NCBI GenBank assembly: GCA_022813865.1 | Contig: JALDZX010000032.1 | Span: 186,001-250,000, forward strand | DNA: 64,000 bases | Direction of reading: 5' to 3' | Source of the DNA: Xylographa opegraphella | Lineage: Eukaryota | In this document: piece by piece, positions 63,006-64,000 of the stretch | How positions within the stretch are numbered: position 1 is the first letter of the stretch | How the letters are laid out: each line of letters begins with the position of its first letter | Translations under genes and position numbers: made by a program | The notes under the pieces: model-generated | Told to the model about the DNA's origin: nothing | Seen by the model: the letters and a program-made list of their open reading frames with translations, nothing else | Database searches by the model: none

Positions 63006-64000
63006 CTATTCACCCGTTTGTAGTCCCAAGATCGGTACCCTCATTCTCGTCAATGATACATTGTCATTAAGAAGTGTAATTTCATCGTCTAAATTGTCCC
63101 TACACTTCGCAATATCTCGAAGTGTATCACGACAACGCTCTACTGCTAATTCCTCACGACATTCTTCCAAGTGCAGCCTTAATATATCAAATGTTAATGA
63201 AAATTTTGTATCGCCGCCGTCCGTGGCATTGAGAGGGTAGAAGTCACTGAGTTTCAAATCAAGTTCCGAAGTTGCATTATCTGGAACAAAATACTAAAAC
63301 AAACCCGAATTAGTATATATTGTAATTAAGGAAAATAAAGGGAGTTAAACATACTGATCGAGTTCCTTGCTGCTTCGCCTGTCCGTTCAGTGGATCCCTT
63401 TTCCATATCTCGAGAAAAACGCTCATTTTATTGACCCAGACGAAATTATTTATCTGTAGTGGGCCAAAGGTGCTGTTCGGATCTTTCGAAATAACCATGT
63501 CGGTATCAAGATCTTTGTAGTCAGGGAATCCAAGATTTTCAACATCGTCGTCTTCAAATTTGCTGATAGGGGAACGGTATGCTGGATTCTCCTCCACTTT
63601 AATCAGTATAACAGTTATTATTTCTCTCGTTCCTTCTATCCACAATTTCGCGTCATCAACAAGTTCTTCGTAGCTCTCAGAGACGCCAATTTCAACCACC
63701 GCGGTATATGAGGTTTTACGATCTTGTCTTCTGTATTTGAACAGAACATCAGGTTCCTCAGTACTATTTTCGTAAATCCCTCTAAAGGCGCCTACTCTTT
63801 GACTCCCAACAACAACGAGGTGCGCCGCTATTTCAGATCGAAGGTTTTGCCTAGCAGCAAAGCCGCTTTCGATGAGAGAGGCCGCAAAATTGTCGTGGAC
63901 AGGCGATGGCATCCACTGGATTACAGCAGTGGAGTTTTGAGAGTTATAGGACAAGGACGGCGAGCTGGTACATATCACATTAGCTATCATAATCTTCATA
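63006..64000 (-). CDS. Fungal PD-(D/E)XK restriction-endonuclease-fold (Uma2-like) protein; 5' end probably outside the window
   Basis: MPSPVHD...EEPDVLF...[24 protein letters not shown]...VILIKV; intron ~63295-63352; visibly more AT-rich than neighbouring genes. Confidence 0.65.

Overview
Gene-dense, intron-containing DNA from a filamentous ascomycete (Pezizomycotina; short GT-AG introns with CTAAC/CTGAC branch sites; a lichen-forming lineage is plausible but not provable here). About 26 protein genes. Most are housekeeping: ELP5, MED6, TRS120, PAC3, DHR1, PET100, ECI1, CWC21, CDC123, COG1, GPI13, a DUF1640 protein, LAA1 and TACO1. No tRNA, rRNA, CRISPR array or intact transposon was seen. 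Two features appear only after manual splicing. (1) Between CWC21 and CDC123 lies a four-gene island. It holds a 3-exon secreted Kex2-type precursor encoding two identical 20-aa Pro-rich cationic cores (NDPRPVRQGSPPAKPKGRHH), a divergently transcribed prolyl 4-hydroxylase, a PP2C phosphatase and a kinase with an apparent signal peptide. This is a candidate peptide-tailoring (RiPP-like) system. (2) A Ca2+/H+ exchanger (CAX/Vcx1)-family gene carries an in-frame 76-aa ubiquitin domain ending LRLRGG, with K6R/K29R/K48R/K63P, and has lost both transport glutamates. Also notable: several genes switch from C-rich to G-rich along their length, one 2OG-Fe(II) oxygenase lacks its metal ligands, and PET100 has a GC-AG intron. 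Family assignments come from recognised motifs, not database searches.
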